Below, in pieces: positions 37,700 to 52,447 of a stretch of DNA of 64,000 bases; within the stretch, counting starts at the first letter, position 1; each line of letters begins with the position of its first letter. The DNA lies in contig JAQGDQ010000019.1 in the NCBI GenBank assembly GCA_030141605.1, positions 248,001-312,000 of the forward strand, written 5' to 3'. The notes under the pieces are model-generated. The model was not told the origin of the DNA and searched no databases. It saw only the letters and a program-made list of their open reading frames with translations. Origin of the DNA: Tubiluchus corallicola. Its lineage: Eukaryota > Animalia > Priapulida. Both the position numbers and the translations under genes were made by a program.

Positions 37700-39000
37700 A
37701 GATTTATTTGAATATTTTACACAATATGTTTGTCACATTCCCTGTAGATGCCCTTTAGGTGACCCCAGCTGGGCCAAAATGTGGCAGTGTCAAACCCATC
37801 TCGCCGTAAGCTTTAATTTGATATATTACTCGTTATGATTGAGACATTCCCTGTTGATGACCTTTGGGTGACCCCAGGAGGGCCAAAATTTTGTCAATGT
37901 CAAAAACTCTAGCATTACAATGTTTTCTGTACGTTGCATCTGTTTAGCCTCAAAATTGTCAAAGAATATGTACTTCATCTGTTTTAGAAGAAATGGTCAT
38001 GTTTACACCCTAGCAACTGTCAAATTAAGACCTTGTATACCACAGTAACTGCTGCACTTTTGAACGGTATTATATTATCTAGCGTCCAAAATTGCTATAA
38101 AGACATTTTGTTTACAAAAATACATCATGTAGATTTTCAGCAAAATGTGCAAAATCCCACATAACTTGAACATTCATGGTCCTCTGGGTCATGACCTTTC
38201 AATGCTTTTGACACAAGACATGCATCTTATGCCAAGGTTGGTGCACACCAAAAGTCTACAACATGAGAAAAAAGGTTTTGGCTAATTATAGAAAATTAAG
38301 TCAATTGTGGATGACGTTCAACAGATGCCAGATAACAGCAATGGATCCTCTGACTGGGAGGGACCTAATAAAACTAGTGAACATTTTTTGACTTTGTCAA
38401 AATTTGTGGCAAGAATTCTGATTCTATCACAGAAGACGCTTTAAATGACAGCTTTTATTTTGTATTTACAACTAAAAATGTTTTTCAAAATAGTTAATGG
38501 TATGTATGTAATGGTATGTTGTGTTTGACATTTACCCACCCAATTTTGGTTTTTTGCCCTTGGCAGGGTCAAGAATCAACCAGTCTTATACCATTTAATT
38601 CATCTCATCGAGACCTTTCATTTGAGGTACTACAAGCCCTGTTTCCCTATAATGGAAGCATTGGTGCCCTCAACCTTCAGCTTTGGTTCTTGATCACTAG
38701 CAGGTCCATTGAAGCTGTGCACAACTCATACCATTCAATTTGCAGAATCAATACCTTTCATTTGATGCACTACAAGCCACTATTACTTGACAATGAAAGC
38801 ATTGGAGTTCTTGACCTCCCAATTTTGTTTTTGCTTCCTAGCGGGAAATTTTTCCATATTCAAATGGCTCATATTCAGCCGTGCACAAGAACTGGACCCC
38901 ACCTAGCCAAACACCAAAAATTATGGCCCTAGCTTAAAACTGTAGGAGATCCAGCCTAATAGAATAAATAATAAACCCGACTCATTTCCTAATATTTGAC
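37700..39000. repeat. Degenerate interspersed repeat region with internal direct repeats
   Basis: GGTGACCCCAG..GGGCCAAAAT occurs twice (about 37758 and 37868); ACCTTTCATTTGA..CTACAAGCC..AATG.AAGCATTGG occurs twice about 121 bp apart (about 38612 and 38753). Confidence 0.5.
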
Positions 39001-40596
39001 CTGTGGGTAATGGGTGGTGATAAATAAGAGTCTTAATTACTAATTTCTTCAAGTAAAAAGTAGAAGTAATAAAATAAAACTATGGGGAGTTAAATACAGT
39101 ACATTTTTACTTTGTTAATTTTTTTCAGGTCAAAAATTCAATCATAGAAATCAGCCTCAGTTCAAATCCCAAAATACGCAAATATTTCTGTAGGCTAATT
39201 AATTACCGCACTGAATATACAGTGTTTATAAATCTCTGTTGTTATAATATAATTGCCTGCAGTAAAATTGTTGATTTCCAAAAAGATTTTCAACTCTGAC
39301 AAAAATCAATCTTTATTGTTTAAATCACTTTTAATTGTTACTACCTCCCTATGCATAAATAGCTAGGTCTCGCTTGCATCATCGAGTTGCATGTATCCAC
39401 TTACATTACCAACATAGCAAAAAGCCATATACTGCAAACTCTTTCTGGTACTGCCAAGCCTCTTGTTTGCAGGCTTGTCTCTAAAACTGATTGACTGGTG
39501 TTGATATAATTTGGTAGTTTTTACTTTTGTCAAACGGGGGGTTAAACAAGCTTAAATTATGTTCACTGATCAAAAGACAACGGATGTAGCGACTACAGAT
39601 GTCAGTTAGTTGCTATTTTATTTCTACTTTGGAAGTAACGTGTAAGAAAGAAAACGACAAACTATTATTTCGTCAGCAGCTTGCTTTTAATTATATTACA
39701 ACATGGTTGCTTGCATTCCAGAGCAACTCGCCTCGTGGCGGATACTCATATTTTCCAAAACTCTAACACTTAAACAATTTATGGCTTTTATGCAGCACTA
39801 TCGCTAACATAACATATTATGAGTTAGTAAAAATGCAGGTAATGGATACTATGAAATACGTAAAAATATCTTGGTCCCTTAAAATCATATTACCAGGATT
39901 TAACTGTACTAAATGGTTAGTGTACTAGGTTCAGTTAATGTGACATTAGAACAAAATTAGAGTTAGTTACCATTAAAACAAAGTTAGATTTATGCACAAG
40001 TATTTCCGCCCAAAAAACTTAGTTCAATAGCATTTATATTGAAAGTGATTTATCTCAAACCATGCTGTGATAATTAGAAGGCTGTAAATGTCAGTACCGT
40101 TTCATTAGTATTCTGTTTGCATTTCCTGTTCATCACAATTGAATGGAGAGTAGTTAAAACTTATTTTGTGGTTGTTTTATTTTAACTTTGTGACAAAATT
40201 TGTTCAGAAAATTATGGAATAGCCTTCAATTAACAGTGGGTCAGGATTAAATATATCATTGATTCATAAGTCAACCATTTGTGTGGAGATCTCATTTAGA
40301 ATGATATTGTAACTGATTTTAAACCTATTTATTATTCTTCTTGTGCCGTCCAATTTCATTAGTAAATTTCCATGTATATTCAGTACCTCACAGTGTCACA
40401 ATATTGTAAATATTATTATTTTTATACATTAAGCATTGTGTTAATTCTCTGTTTACTTTTGTGAATTACATATGTCACACCTTTCTAGATCACCACCAAG
40501 CACCAACACCTCGGGTGGAGTAATTAAGATGCTTTACTAGCTCCAGCTACAGTAAATCTGAATAAGAACAGCAAAGTTTTAAGCCGAGAATGTTTA

Positions 40597-43500
40597 TCAG
40601 CTGTGTCCACTCTCTAGTTCATTAATGAGCTCAGCAAAATTGGTAACGAACCATTTGGATTCCTGTTGTACTTTTTGTCGCACCTGGTTTCCACCAAATC
40701 CTATGAATGCATCCTGGAATTTAAATTATACAAAAGGGTACTAGAACAAAAAGAATAGTTTCAAGAGTGGCCACAGTGACCATGACTAAGGTGATTGTGT
40801 TTAGTGACCAAGGTAGCACAACACATCTTGAATCAGGTTAGTAAATAGATAGGTAACCACCAAGAAAATCACTTCTGGCCAGTTATGTCTCCCACGCTGC
40901 CCCACCATTTATTTAGTTGAGGTAGAATATATATGTGGATAACATGGCAAAGATACTTTTGCCACATCAGTATTTTGTCTTACAAAATTATCCTTGATAA
41001 TGGATACAGCTGTAGGAAATAGGTCATGATTTTAAATGCTGAAACTGGTTTGGGTGTATTAAAAAAATTAAAATACAAAATGCACAAAGCTGGCAATAAT
41101 TTTTGAAGTAACCTGTACATGTTAAAAAGATCAAATATGTAAACGCAAAACTAACAGCGGTAACGATTAGCACTTGAAAGGGGGTGTAATGTCAGCTGAT
41201 TTTGCATGTGCAGTGCTAATTAATTTGTCTCAGTTTGCCTGTCAAATATGTCAACAAGTTCTAAACCTTGAGCTAAGCATAACACTTGGTAATACAGTAA
41301 GTCCTCTCTTAAAGACGCTAATATGTTCTTGTTACATATAATGTAAAAGCACTCTGTTGTATTCCAGGAGTAAAAATCAATACTCGTTAGTAGTGTAAAA
41401 GCATTCAGTTGCTTCCATTAGAACAGATCCAGTGGAACAAAAATCAGTGAAGCTTAGCTGTGTAAAAGTGAAAAGTGTTCAAATATGTTGCATTCAATTA
41501 AACACTATAATTTCAGTGCTTACAGTTCTAGCATCAGGCGGCACAGAAAAATAAGTGCTGAAATATAGATTGCAATAATATTGAACTGAATGGCTTACAA
41601 AGCTGAAATTTCACAGCATGATATTACAGTGCATTAACTTTTGGCTGTTAAAACTACAAGTTTATATTTTTAGGGGTTTCAAAGATGATCAAAAAGTTTT
41701 TGCACGTTAGAAAATTAAATACCAGAAGGCAGAACTATGTCAGCTAATCATCAACTGAAAAGCAGCCACATTTTGTAACTTTAAAGCATTCAGTATATGG
41801 AGTAAAAGAATAAAGGAATCAACTAGTTTACATCACGGTCATCACCAGAAAAAATAAAGCATTGATAAAGATTTGTTACCAAGAAAAAATGGGACTAACC
41901 CAAATTAAAAAGTTAAAAAATTAACTACCAGAAGGCAGAACTACGTCAGCTAATCATCAACTGAAAAGCAGCCACATTTTGTAACTTTAAAGCATTCAGT
42001 ATATGGAGTAAAAGAATAAAGAAATCAACTAGTTTACATCACGGTCATCACCAGAAAAAATAAAGCATTGATAAACATTTGTTACCAAGAAAAAATGGGA
42101 TTATTGATTAAGAATTGGGCTTTATTTATAGAATGCGAGCGCAGTAAACAAGAATCAATACTTAAAGCTGAAAAATTGTTGTTAAAACAATATATGAGAA
42201 GTGGTGCATCATTGAGTGAGGACTTGCAATATAACTGAAAGATAGCTTTCTGACATAAAACAGGCTTTCAAGAGACCAACATTTAGTAGTGTCAATTGTT
42301 TTCTTTAGGTTGGACTCGAAACAGTGTTATATTGTATGTGTTAATCTTTTTTCGTGCAATCTTTGGGCTCATCATTTCTTTATTTGCGCTCAAAAATTGT
42401 AAAGATTTTCACAAGTATTTGCAAATTTATAAAATAGAAGGCATTTAACAAAAAAGAGCTCTGTTTCGTGACCTGATGCAAACTGTCAATATTAATGAGC
42501 TTAAGTAATTTTCATGCCAACTTTAAAATGTTCAGTTACAAAACAAATAGCTTTGTGAGAAAATTTTTTGTACTTACTGCATAGTCAGGAAATGTCTCCA
42601 AGTCTGTTGCTCCATCTCCTATCATGACGATCGTTTCATACCCATGTTTTTTGCGAAGCACGTCTAAGACTCTAGGCTTGCCTCCTGATTCTGACGTTGG
42701 CTGCTGCAGATCAAAACCTACATAGCAACCTGAAATACTATCATTATAACAGTTTCCATATGAAGTGCTGTCATTATCATTAAAATGGACATTCAGAATT
42801 AAGGTATTCCAACAGAATGAGCAAATTTGCATTTTGTGAAAGTTGTGTGCTGTGCCAGTTTGTTTCTGTATTACCAATGTTGACTCAGTTTTGATGCACC
42901 AAGCAGCCAACAGCACCCTGTGATTTGCTATAATAAAATCAATTTCAGCTAATCTGGTTAGATGTAGACAAATTATAAACTCACAGGAATCATTAAATGG
43001 TGTTTTCCTGGATAGCACCAGACATGTAAAAAATAAAAGGCACCAAAATTCACTATATACAGGAGGCACCGCTTAATAGACTCACTTTGGGACCGAAGTG
43101 TTTTGCCACAATTAACCGACTGAACCTATCAACCGATGGTTGTAGTATTACTGGTATAGAAGTATGAGTCATCAGCTTAGTATGCACTGCAAAAGTTTTC
43201 AATGAATTTTAGAAATGAAGTAATGCCTAATTTCCTTTCTACAGTTAAAAATTTAAAAAAAAATATTTTAAAATATTAATTTATATAAGTGAATTAGCAG
43301 TAAATTAAAAAGTATACTTTTCTAAAGCACACAAGTCTGTTTATTTGCAAAAATTACAAAAATTCCTTCAATGTCGGCTGCTTCATTTCATTGTGAAGAA
43401 GTTGGCTCACAAAGTTCTCAAAATTATAAAATGTTGAAAATCTGTTGTTTTTTATGATGCACAAATTCTCCTAAAATACTTTGTGCTTGGCATGTTTATA

Positions 43501-46447
43501 CTGTTGGTGGCAGTTATACCGAGTTTTCCTGCAGCTTCATCTGAATTATTGGGTAACGAGGTTAACTGCAGTGGATGACAGGTCAAAGCAAACCATTAGG
43601 CTAGCATAATTTGTGTATGATAAACGTTCCTACTTACAAACAAAATGGTACTTAACATGATAGGACAAAAGCAAACTAAAATTATATAAAAGTCATGAAA
43701 GCTTTTAGTCACACGAAAGTGTCTTATCGAAGCAAGTGTGTTGAGATAATTATGCAGAGTTATTCGAGTCAACTGTAGACAGTTTTTATGTGCATTTGAA
43801 TAGAAGCGGCCTGTACCAGACGTTTTTGAGTCATTTAAGTAAAAAAGTGATTGAGTCTATTAACCGCGAGTCTATTAAGCGGCGCTTACTGTACATATGA
43901 TTTATAGCTTATACTAAATTTAATACTGACACACCATTCCTTTAATACAAAGCTGCACAAAAATGCTGCGGTAAATGCAAAAAAGAAGCTTTTTAGAGCT
44001 TTTTTCCACTGTCAATGAAAAAGGTGTGGAATCCATATTGGTGATTTGAAAACATAATCAATGACCAACCAGAACTAAAAAAATCCATTATGTGATAATT
44101 AAGCGAACCTATAATCAAGAGATTAACTAAAGAGTTTACTGCCACTTAATGCACAACTATCAACTCTACATGTTCGTTTGAATTAGAAGTCGTTTTTAGG
44201 TATTTAGCAGTTACCGAGCAGGGCTGTTTCGAGAGATGGTCTGCCTTAAATTTATATTGACATAAGCCTTATCTAGGTCCTGAAAAGCTTTCAGATGAGT
44301 GCTAAATCTTATAAGTCAATAAATTTATATGCTACCTTCCTCAATTGGTATTTTACAGTACTAAACTTACCATTGCTATCAAACTGAAGCTTGTTAGCAT
44401 AAACATTCTGGGAAGGAATGTGTAAAATATTTGCTAATGGAATGAGGATTTCTTGAAAGCCACCAGAAATGAGGTACACAGCAACCAACCTTGATTGCAG
44501 CAATGAAACTAAATCCCTAAAATCAATTTAAAAATCATAAGCCAATCACTCAGAAATTTTGTACTGGCAGCAGAAATAATACAAAATACAACCTGGCAAG
44601 CTAACTCACACTTCAGCACTGGAAAGTCAGCAGACAGAAATGAACAAAACAAAAAGCAGTTTATGGCATTTAGAGAAGCACACCAATCATGAATCTTATT
44701 TCTGTCAAACAATGGTGGCACATGCTTTTTATACAGTAGCACACCACGTAAAGCATGCATGGCATTAAGATCTACAATCAATGCCAACTACTAAATCATT
44801 ATCAAACTAACAAAACTTTGTGTATTTCTATAATTTAGAAATTTAATTTCAAACATGAAGATATCTATATAACAAAGATAACTGTTATTAATACCGATAA
44901 TATAAATAAAAACCGTGGTGCAAATTTTATTTTATAAAACGATGAAAGTATGGAATACGGTAATACAGTAAATGCTTATATATAGCGCTATAAGAAAATT
45001 TTAATTAAACCACTAACATCCTATAGCACTTTTTTGCATATGGATAAATGAACTGATGTTAGATCAGATAATTTAGGTGCTAGATTATTAGTGGATGACT
45101 ATGCACGGACTCAACTTACTGTCATACTGAATAGAAAAAAAGATTCCATTACATCATGTTAAAAGATTTGCTGCAGGAAATGAATGAAAACTTTAACAAA
45201 GAAACGTTTATAACAGAAGTGCACACAAATGAAGTTATTCTTACTTGATACCAGGTGTCAGTCTAGGCGGATGTTGTCGAATGAAGTCATGAAGCTGATT
45301 CCTAGTCGGCTTCATCAGACAAAGCCGCTGTTCTAAAGCTGTCCTGTAAGTTACGCCACCTTTCATTGCATTAGCTGTCCTGAAAACAATGCAATTGCTA
45401 GTACCAAATGATTTTCACTGAAATCTATATCTTGTATCATCTATTATTTACATTGGGTAAGGATTTAAATCTAATCTAAACTCAGTCTTTGTAACCGCCC
45501 CTATCTTAACCCCTTTTGAGTCATCAAGCAAAAATGCACATAAAGGTCAAATGCAGTTGTGGAATGAGTCCACCACCATTATTTTTTTAAACCAAAGCCA
45601 ATGATATAAAAAAACTGAAAGTTGTGAGAATCGAGGTTCAGCCCTCGACTTTTCTACGTTTCTTTTTTCGGTCGAGTTTTGGTTTCCAATAAACTTGATT
45701 GAAACATTTCACCATTAATTAAAATCTTACAATTAATATTAAAATAACTAACGTAAACCAAATGAAAAGTCAAATAAAATGTGCACAATTTGGGGACGTA
45801 AATGCGATTAAACGGGTCTCAATAAAAACTTTGTCCTTTTGCAATGTAAACATTGATAAAATTTGACCGTTATTTTGCAGTGACTCCCAGTGGACTCAGT
45901 ACTGACAGAGTGTAGCTACTGCAGCATGTACAATCTGTAGATTTGGCATTAAAAAGAACTAGAGACTAACGATGTACTTTCCAAAAACCTTAAATTACTT
46001 TACTTATAATTATGCAAAATTAATGCATATGTATTTTAATGCAATCCTTGAAAACATGATGGGTGCTAATCTGAAAATCTCCAAGACTAAAAAGCACACT
46101 TAAAAACTCAGTGCAATTGTTATGATGCATTCAAAAAGACCTGCTCCAAACATGTGCTATGATGTCAATATTATTTTTCTAAAAATGTATTTTTATTATT
46201 AAAGTCCATTTCTAGGACATATTATTCTGTAACAGTTAGTGTAACAGACAACCTAATTTGTGAACATGGTATAAGTACTGTAGGCACTATATACGCACAG
46301 TTCAGCAACTTGCTTTCCACAACCGAGAAATGAGGCAAATTCGTCAATCGCTTCATCTATGCAAACTGTAGAATCAACATCGAAACAAACTGCATCGCAT
46401 ACTCTCCATAAACGTTTTGTCTCCTCTTGTGTACTCATTGTTCGCAT
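40597..46447 (-). CDS. PSPH: Phosphoserine phosphatase (HAD family), about 232 aa, 5 coding exons
   Basis: Exons 46299-46447 (AVCFDVDSTV, HAD motif I), 45245-45379 (AMKGG..RLTPGI), 44371-44516 (LISGGF..YANKL), 42578-42729 (SGGKP..MIGDGATDLE), 40597-40713 (DAFIGFGGNQVR..*); 699 nt in frame. Confidence 0.95.
41720..42100. repeat. Near-identical 175-bp tandem duplication (period 206 bp) in PSPH intron
   Basis: 41720-41894 and 41926-42100 differ at only a few positions. Confidence 0.9.
43060..43891. mobile_element. pogo/Tigger-like MITE, copy 1
   Basis: Imperfect TIRs CAGGAGGCACCGCTTAATAGACTC / GAGTCTATTAAGCGGCGCTTACTG with TA on both flanks; homologous to 57554-58517. Confidence 0.8.
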
Positions 46448-46542
46448 TTTCTACAAAATTAAACTACATTTAAATAAAATATTGGCCATATCACATTCCT
46501 TTTAAAATTTAAATCAAGATATATTATTACATTATTATTATA

Positions 46543-47343
46543 CTAGCAAAGGCCCCACAAAAGATTTTGCGTAAAAAACCACGTGTAATCAATAATACGC
46601 GAATATCCTACCTAATCCTCATGTATAACGCAAAGCCCGTAACATCATGCCTACTGTTTGTTTAACTAACGCAAAGCCTGTAGCTTTTACTGAATTAAAG
46701 CTATAAGATTATAGACAGAGTACAATGGATGACGTCACAACAATGGCTTTGCGTCAGCAGTTTTCTAAGCGAAAATTGCCGAAAATAGAACTGGTAATTA
46801 ACTTGCCAGTACTCCTCTCGGTGGACGTATCCCAACATATAACCCACATCATCGTGTAGCCCTGTTTTTTCTCTTTCTGATGAGCCGTATATCTCCTTCC
46901 GAGAGTCCCACCAGGCGCCACTAGAACGTTTTTTCCGCATGCTGTTTGATCAGAATTTCGAAAAAATTGCGAGTTGGGTCCGGGAAAACGCCCGTTGCGG
47001 GGCGCCGTGGTCCTCTCGCGAATTCTAAATAGGCCTATGACACCCAACGCTGAACGGGCTATCTACTCACACCCAGCACCACCCTCGGGCCATTCCCATT
47101 CTCTACATCTCAGCCGTATAACTTTTGCAAAAAACGGCCGAAAAATGGCCATTTTTGGAGGTTTTTCGCCGCCCGTTCCTCCCGGTGGGCCCGATTCGAA
47201 AAATAAACCATCAATGAGACGACACTAGATCGAGACCTTTCGTTTGATGTATAGATCGCCGCAAATGGTGCCGTCGTCCGGGCTGTAGCCTCGAATCTTA
47301 TATATATATTAAGATACCAAGAATATTAATATAAGAGTATAGA
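46543..47343 (-). mobile_element. Non-autonomous Helitron, copy 2
   Basis: Reverse-complement homolog of 6237-7096 with the same TC...hairpin...CTAG ends, again inserted between A and T. Confidence 0.85.
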
Positions 47344-49382
47344 TAGATATAATGTCATTGAGAATGTCTTGAAATTCGCATGCACACATATAATATAACA
47401 TCCACAAAAGAAAAATACTGTAAATCTATTACAATAAATAAACACTCTAAAATTAATGAATTTTGCAATCATCATTTTGTTCACCCTCAGCAAAATATAC
47501 AACAGAAAATAACTGCCCCTGTCTACTCCTTCAAGTAAGTATATGTTTGGCACACTTGAAAAAGTTACACTTGATGATCAATCTAGTGATTTGTGAAGCA
47601 TCCAGCCTTACTTAGCAAAAAAAAAACTCTACTAATATTGTCAAAGGTTGTTATATTTTGTCACTGTATTGTTAGTAAAATAGTAACATATGGTTTAGTC
47701 ATAGTGGGTGCAATTATAACCAAGACACAATTATCTTCATCTTTAACTTCAATGTGTTTTGGTTCTTCACCACCCCGACTCTATATTCATTTATTAATCT
47801 TTCACACACAAAGCACTTTACATGAAAAAGGGAAGAATAAAATTGCTAAATTGAAGTGACATGATTTCGGTTAATAATTAAGAATTAACAGTTAGAATAA
47901 AGGTAATAACAATGCATGGTGGCCATGATAATGGCAAAAAAATATGCTTGCTGAAATGTTGGAAATTAATATTATGATAATAAAAGATGCCAGTTAATTC
48001 TTGAGCACCTGTTATCCCCTCTATTCTAAAGGTAAGACTCCCAGGTCACCATATTAGCACTTACATAAAATATTCCCATGTCAGATAAAGCTTTAGCCTT
48101 ATTGTTATTACTCAGTTTGGTAATAACACTTGACTTAACAGATAAAATGTCTAGCTATTGCTGATCGGACGCCAAAATTTAATGACAGCTATGATGCAAA
48201 TTTCCTAACAAAAAGGCAAATCTTAAATAAATGGATGTGATGAACATAATTTTGATGGGATAGACGTCTGTCTATTCACTATTTTGATGGACATTGTTAA
48301 AATTTAAATCATGTGGCAAAAAATGCACATAACATATGGACTTCATTAAAGCTAATTAAACCCACCACGTCAACAATTATGTAAGTCCATTTATTTACTT
48401 TAAATTATTTTGTGAATGGATACTCAAAATTACGTCCACCGCGGTCAGATGCACTGAGTAAATAGCCTTCAATTTAGTGAAAGGATGCTCGAAGTTACGT
48501 CCAATATTATGTAGGTCAATCAGTTTAGTAGACGAACATTCAACTTACGTCCAAAATCACGTTGAAGTGCATCGAAATAGTAAACGAATGTCCATCAGAC
48601 ATAGACATTTTATTTATCTCCTCATTTACACCAGAATACAAGTAGACTATTATTGCTATAGTTATTAATTAAAAAGGATAAATTATGCATAAAGGAAAGA
48701 GTTACGGGCTGCAGGAGAAAGGGAAGCGAAAGACCAATTGGTCATCAAGTCAACTACCCTTCTCAGGTTAGTGTAACTTGTAAAAAATTTGTAGCGCTGC
48801 TAATTGAAAGGTGTAATATAATTATGAAGTGGGTTAAGAAAATCAACTGTTAACATAAATTTATAGCCATTAAACTTGAAAGCGAAATAACTAAACAGGA
48901 GAGTGAATGGACGCTCAAAATTACGTTCATTAATTCCATCAAACTAGGGACACCCCAAAAAGAATATGGTGATATAGAAAAATATCCAGGCGGGTTATTT
49001 TTAGTAAAAGGCGTAAATGCAGACCTCTCGACTCTCACGGTAATACCGTGAATCTCACACTCACAGTATACTTTTGCTTTCTCAGGGTAAATAAGAAGAT
49101 CGGTAATTTTGATTTTGATGAAAGATACTAAAAGAAATACGAAAATTTTCTTCTACGAACCACCTTAACAGTTCTGCCATATCCAAAGACCTTCTTTAAA
49201 AAACTCATTTTGCATCGAAAGCAACCATGATTAACGAAATTTAGGAACGTACAAACGAGTAACAACAATTATCTTTTTAGAGAAAAAGTTTAAATTCGAT
49301 TCAATTCAAGTTTTTTGCGCAAATGATTGAATTACAGAGCATATTCTTCTCTAATAATTGAGAACAGCAAATTCTAACGAAG

Positions 49383-49493
<111 letters not shown>

Positions 49494-52447
49494 CATGCAT
49501 ATACTCAAATACATAATTATGGTATAATATATTTATGTATGTGGATCCAAATGTATCAAAGCACATGTATCGAATGCAAAACCTCCAGCTTTGAGGGCAA
49601 CTAGTTACTAGTATAGATAATAATCATTACACCACAGATCGGGGTACTCTAACTTTTCAAATTTAGAAATTTACAATATCAGCCACTAGAGATCATACAC
49701 GGAATCATAGTTCCTACCAGCAGGCCTTCACATCATAAAGATAATAGTAAGGTCTTTATAGCTTTTTCTAACTTTATGAACCACACTGCTTCAAGACGCA
49801 GTGTGAAATCAAAACACATCAGTAAATACATGATAACAATACTAAATTAGAAGGTTGAATGTCATTCACTTTTTAAGAATTTGTTTTTGATCAATTCTTT
49901 TTTTAAATTCTTAAGAAGCTAGCACTCCAAAATTAGTTTTATTATTTTATGTTATTCTACGAAAACCTGGAAGAGCAACAGTTGATATAGTATAAAGGCA
50001 CTGAATATCCATATTGTTCTGCCAGGGTCTTAGCAATCACACTTTGAAACATTTCTATCGGTAGGCGAGAGGCCTCGGTTTGAAATCAACATCCTGATCA
50101 CCAGGGAGGATCAAAAAGAGTGGTATAAGGCCCGTCTAAAAAAAAACTTAGCTTAACTTACTAACTTTGCAATAAACTAGATTCTTACTGTTGAATAAAG
50201 TTCTCTACTCACGACCGAAATATACGGCTGGCTAACCTTGAAAAACACAAAAAACCAATCTACCCTTGAGGGTCTACCACTTCCTCACATTATGCTGAAA
50301 TAGTTGGAAGACAGGTCCTGGGAGGATGGGTGCAGTTTAGTGTAACAAACAGTTGTCCTGTTTAGTGTAACAAACACCAGCAACCACCAAACTTAAAGAA
50401 ACAGGATGCGGCAGTAAGTCTTGTATTTATAGACTTGCAGGTGAAAACAGGTGAGTATTCAAATTTAGAACCAATCAGAACACGGGGTTTATGAATCCCA
50501 TTCAGGTAAGACTAGTACCTTTCGAATTTTTAGGGGTGTTTTACTTTAACACGACTCGAAATAACATACAAGCCACATATCTGTGTCCTTGAGTGAGTGA
50601 AAAGTTTGAACGCAAAACAGAGTGAAGCTCAGCCCCATAACAGTATATGTACTGAGATTGGAATAACTTAATAGCGGAAAATTTCAAACTGTATGTAACC
50701 AAAACAGTCTCTTCTTATGTATGCGTTTGTAAGGTTTTCCCGATAAAAAGAAAAGGTATATGCAGAACTAAAATATGTCCATTACTGTTACAAGAATGTA
50801 ATTTGAATTTTAAACTCAATTATAATTAATTAGGCAATTTCTAATTAACTGATTAGTAAATTACTAATTAATTAATTGACTAATTTACTGAAATTAATTA
50901 TGTAATATAAATCCCTCAAAAAGATTTATTAGTTAGGAGTTAACAATTAAAGATTATAGAGAGTCTGGTAACATAATTATTATAAACTTAATGTGATTGG
51001 GCTAGAACTACTATATCAAACCAATGTGGCTAGTTTAGCCAACCCAGGCCTTTTAGAGAAAGTAAGAATGTACATTAGGAATAGAAACTAGTTTGGCCTA
51101 TTTAAAGGTAATTGAAAATGGTAGTTAATGTGGCCTAAACTCACTTTATTCTGTATGAGATTTACATTGGTAAAAAATATTAATACACTGAATTGTGCAA
51201 ACCAGGGTGAGAAGGTGAGAAGCAGTATACAACGAGTTACAACAAAAATTAAAACAAGTTTCTCGAAGATGATATGCCATGCACGTACACGCACAGGTTT
51301 CACGACACAATTTCAACTGTTTTTTCCCAATCTTATGTATTGCACTCGCTTCTTGTTTTTCTCATATTATTAGTTCATCTTAGTGTTAATTGCATAACTT
51401 AGATCAATTGTAATTTTTTACGTGCTAGGCGTGCAGTTGAAACTTAAATGCTGGATATTCATTTTTGCTCTGATGGGTTGTAATAACATGTAGTGTATGC
51501 GTCAAATGACTGAAATCACATTACGGCCATTTTATTGGAAAAGTTGTACCCGTCAGTCGTGACAGGGCGTGACGGTAGTCGGTAGCCAAGTTTATGTTTA
51601 CAACACCCAAAGTCTTGGAACTTGGGAGGAATTAAATCTGTCCAATTCAACAGTATTTCATCGTTTTTTAGCAATTTTCTATTATCAGCTTGATAACGCC
51701 ATCTTATTTCTCTGTTATTACGATAATGGATTAGTTTTTGGCTGTGGAAGTCGATTGTTTACGCGTTGAACTATACATACGGTACGCTGCTTTGGACGCA
51801 TCAGTTTGTGTCAGTTTCTATTTATTCCAATGTGCTAGGTTTTTTAAAGGCCGATTTAGGTTTACAAACAATTGCTTTAAAATGATCCTTTTTACCATGA
51901 TATAAGTAGCTGACACAGCGTTTAAAAATGTTCGTCACTAACCGAAGGGCAGCTGATTAGATGACCAATTGGTCTTTCATTGACTTTTCTTCACAATTTT
52001 TTTCAAATTATTATTTGTATTATAACTGTAGCTTTGTTGCTTTGATTTTTTATAGCATGAGTGGTTAGTGCATAGTACTACATTGCATGTATAGTATAGC
52101 TAAGCCTATTAGCTAGAGTAGTGATTATTAATTATTTATTAATTTCTTATAATAAATCAGTTCACTGATTAGCCTGCAGCTACGCTGACTTGTTTTTGGA
52201 ATGAACAAAGATTTCCAGACAATTGAAACTGTACCTAAAGGTACAGACCTAACAACAAATGCTTGAATTATCGTTAGTTTCGATCATTTAATAGAAACAA
52301 GACTATATTTTTACATTTAAAGTTGTAGATAAGCTCCATAAGCCTTTCGTTGATTCAAAAATACAAAAAGGCAAAAGCATAATTACTGTTAATATGTTTG
52401 TTGATTTTTTTCTGTGATCTTTAATTCGAATAGCTGCAAAATGAGCA

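Noticed and set aside
42536-43069. 177-aa ORF as a standalone protein
   Set aside because: Only 42578-42729 is a PSPH exon; the rest is open intron sequence
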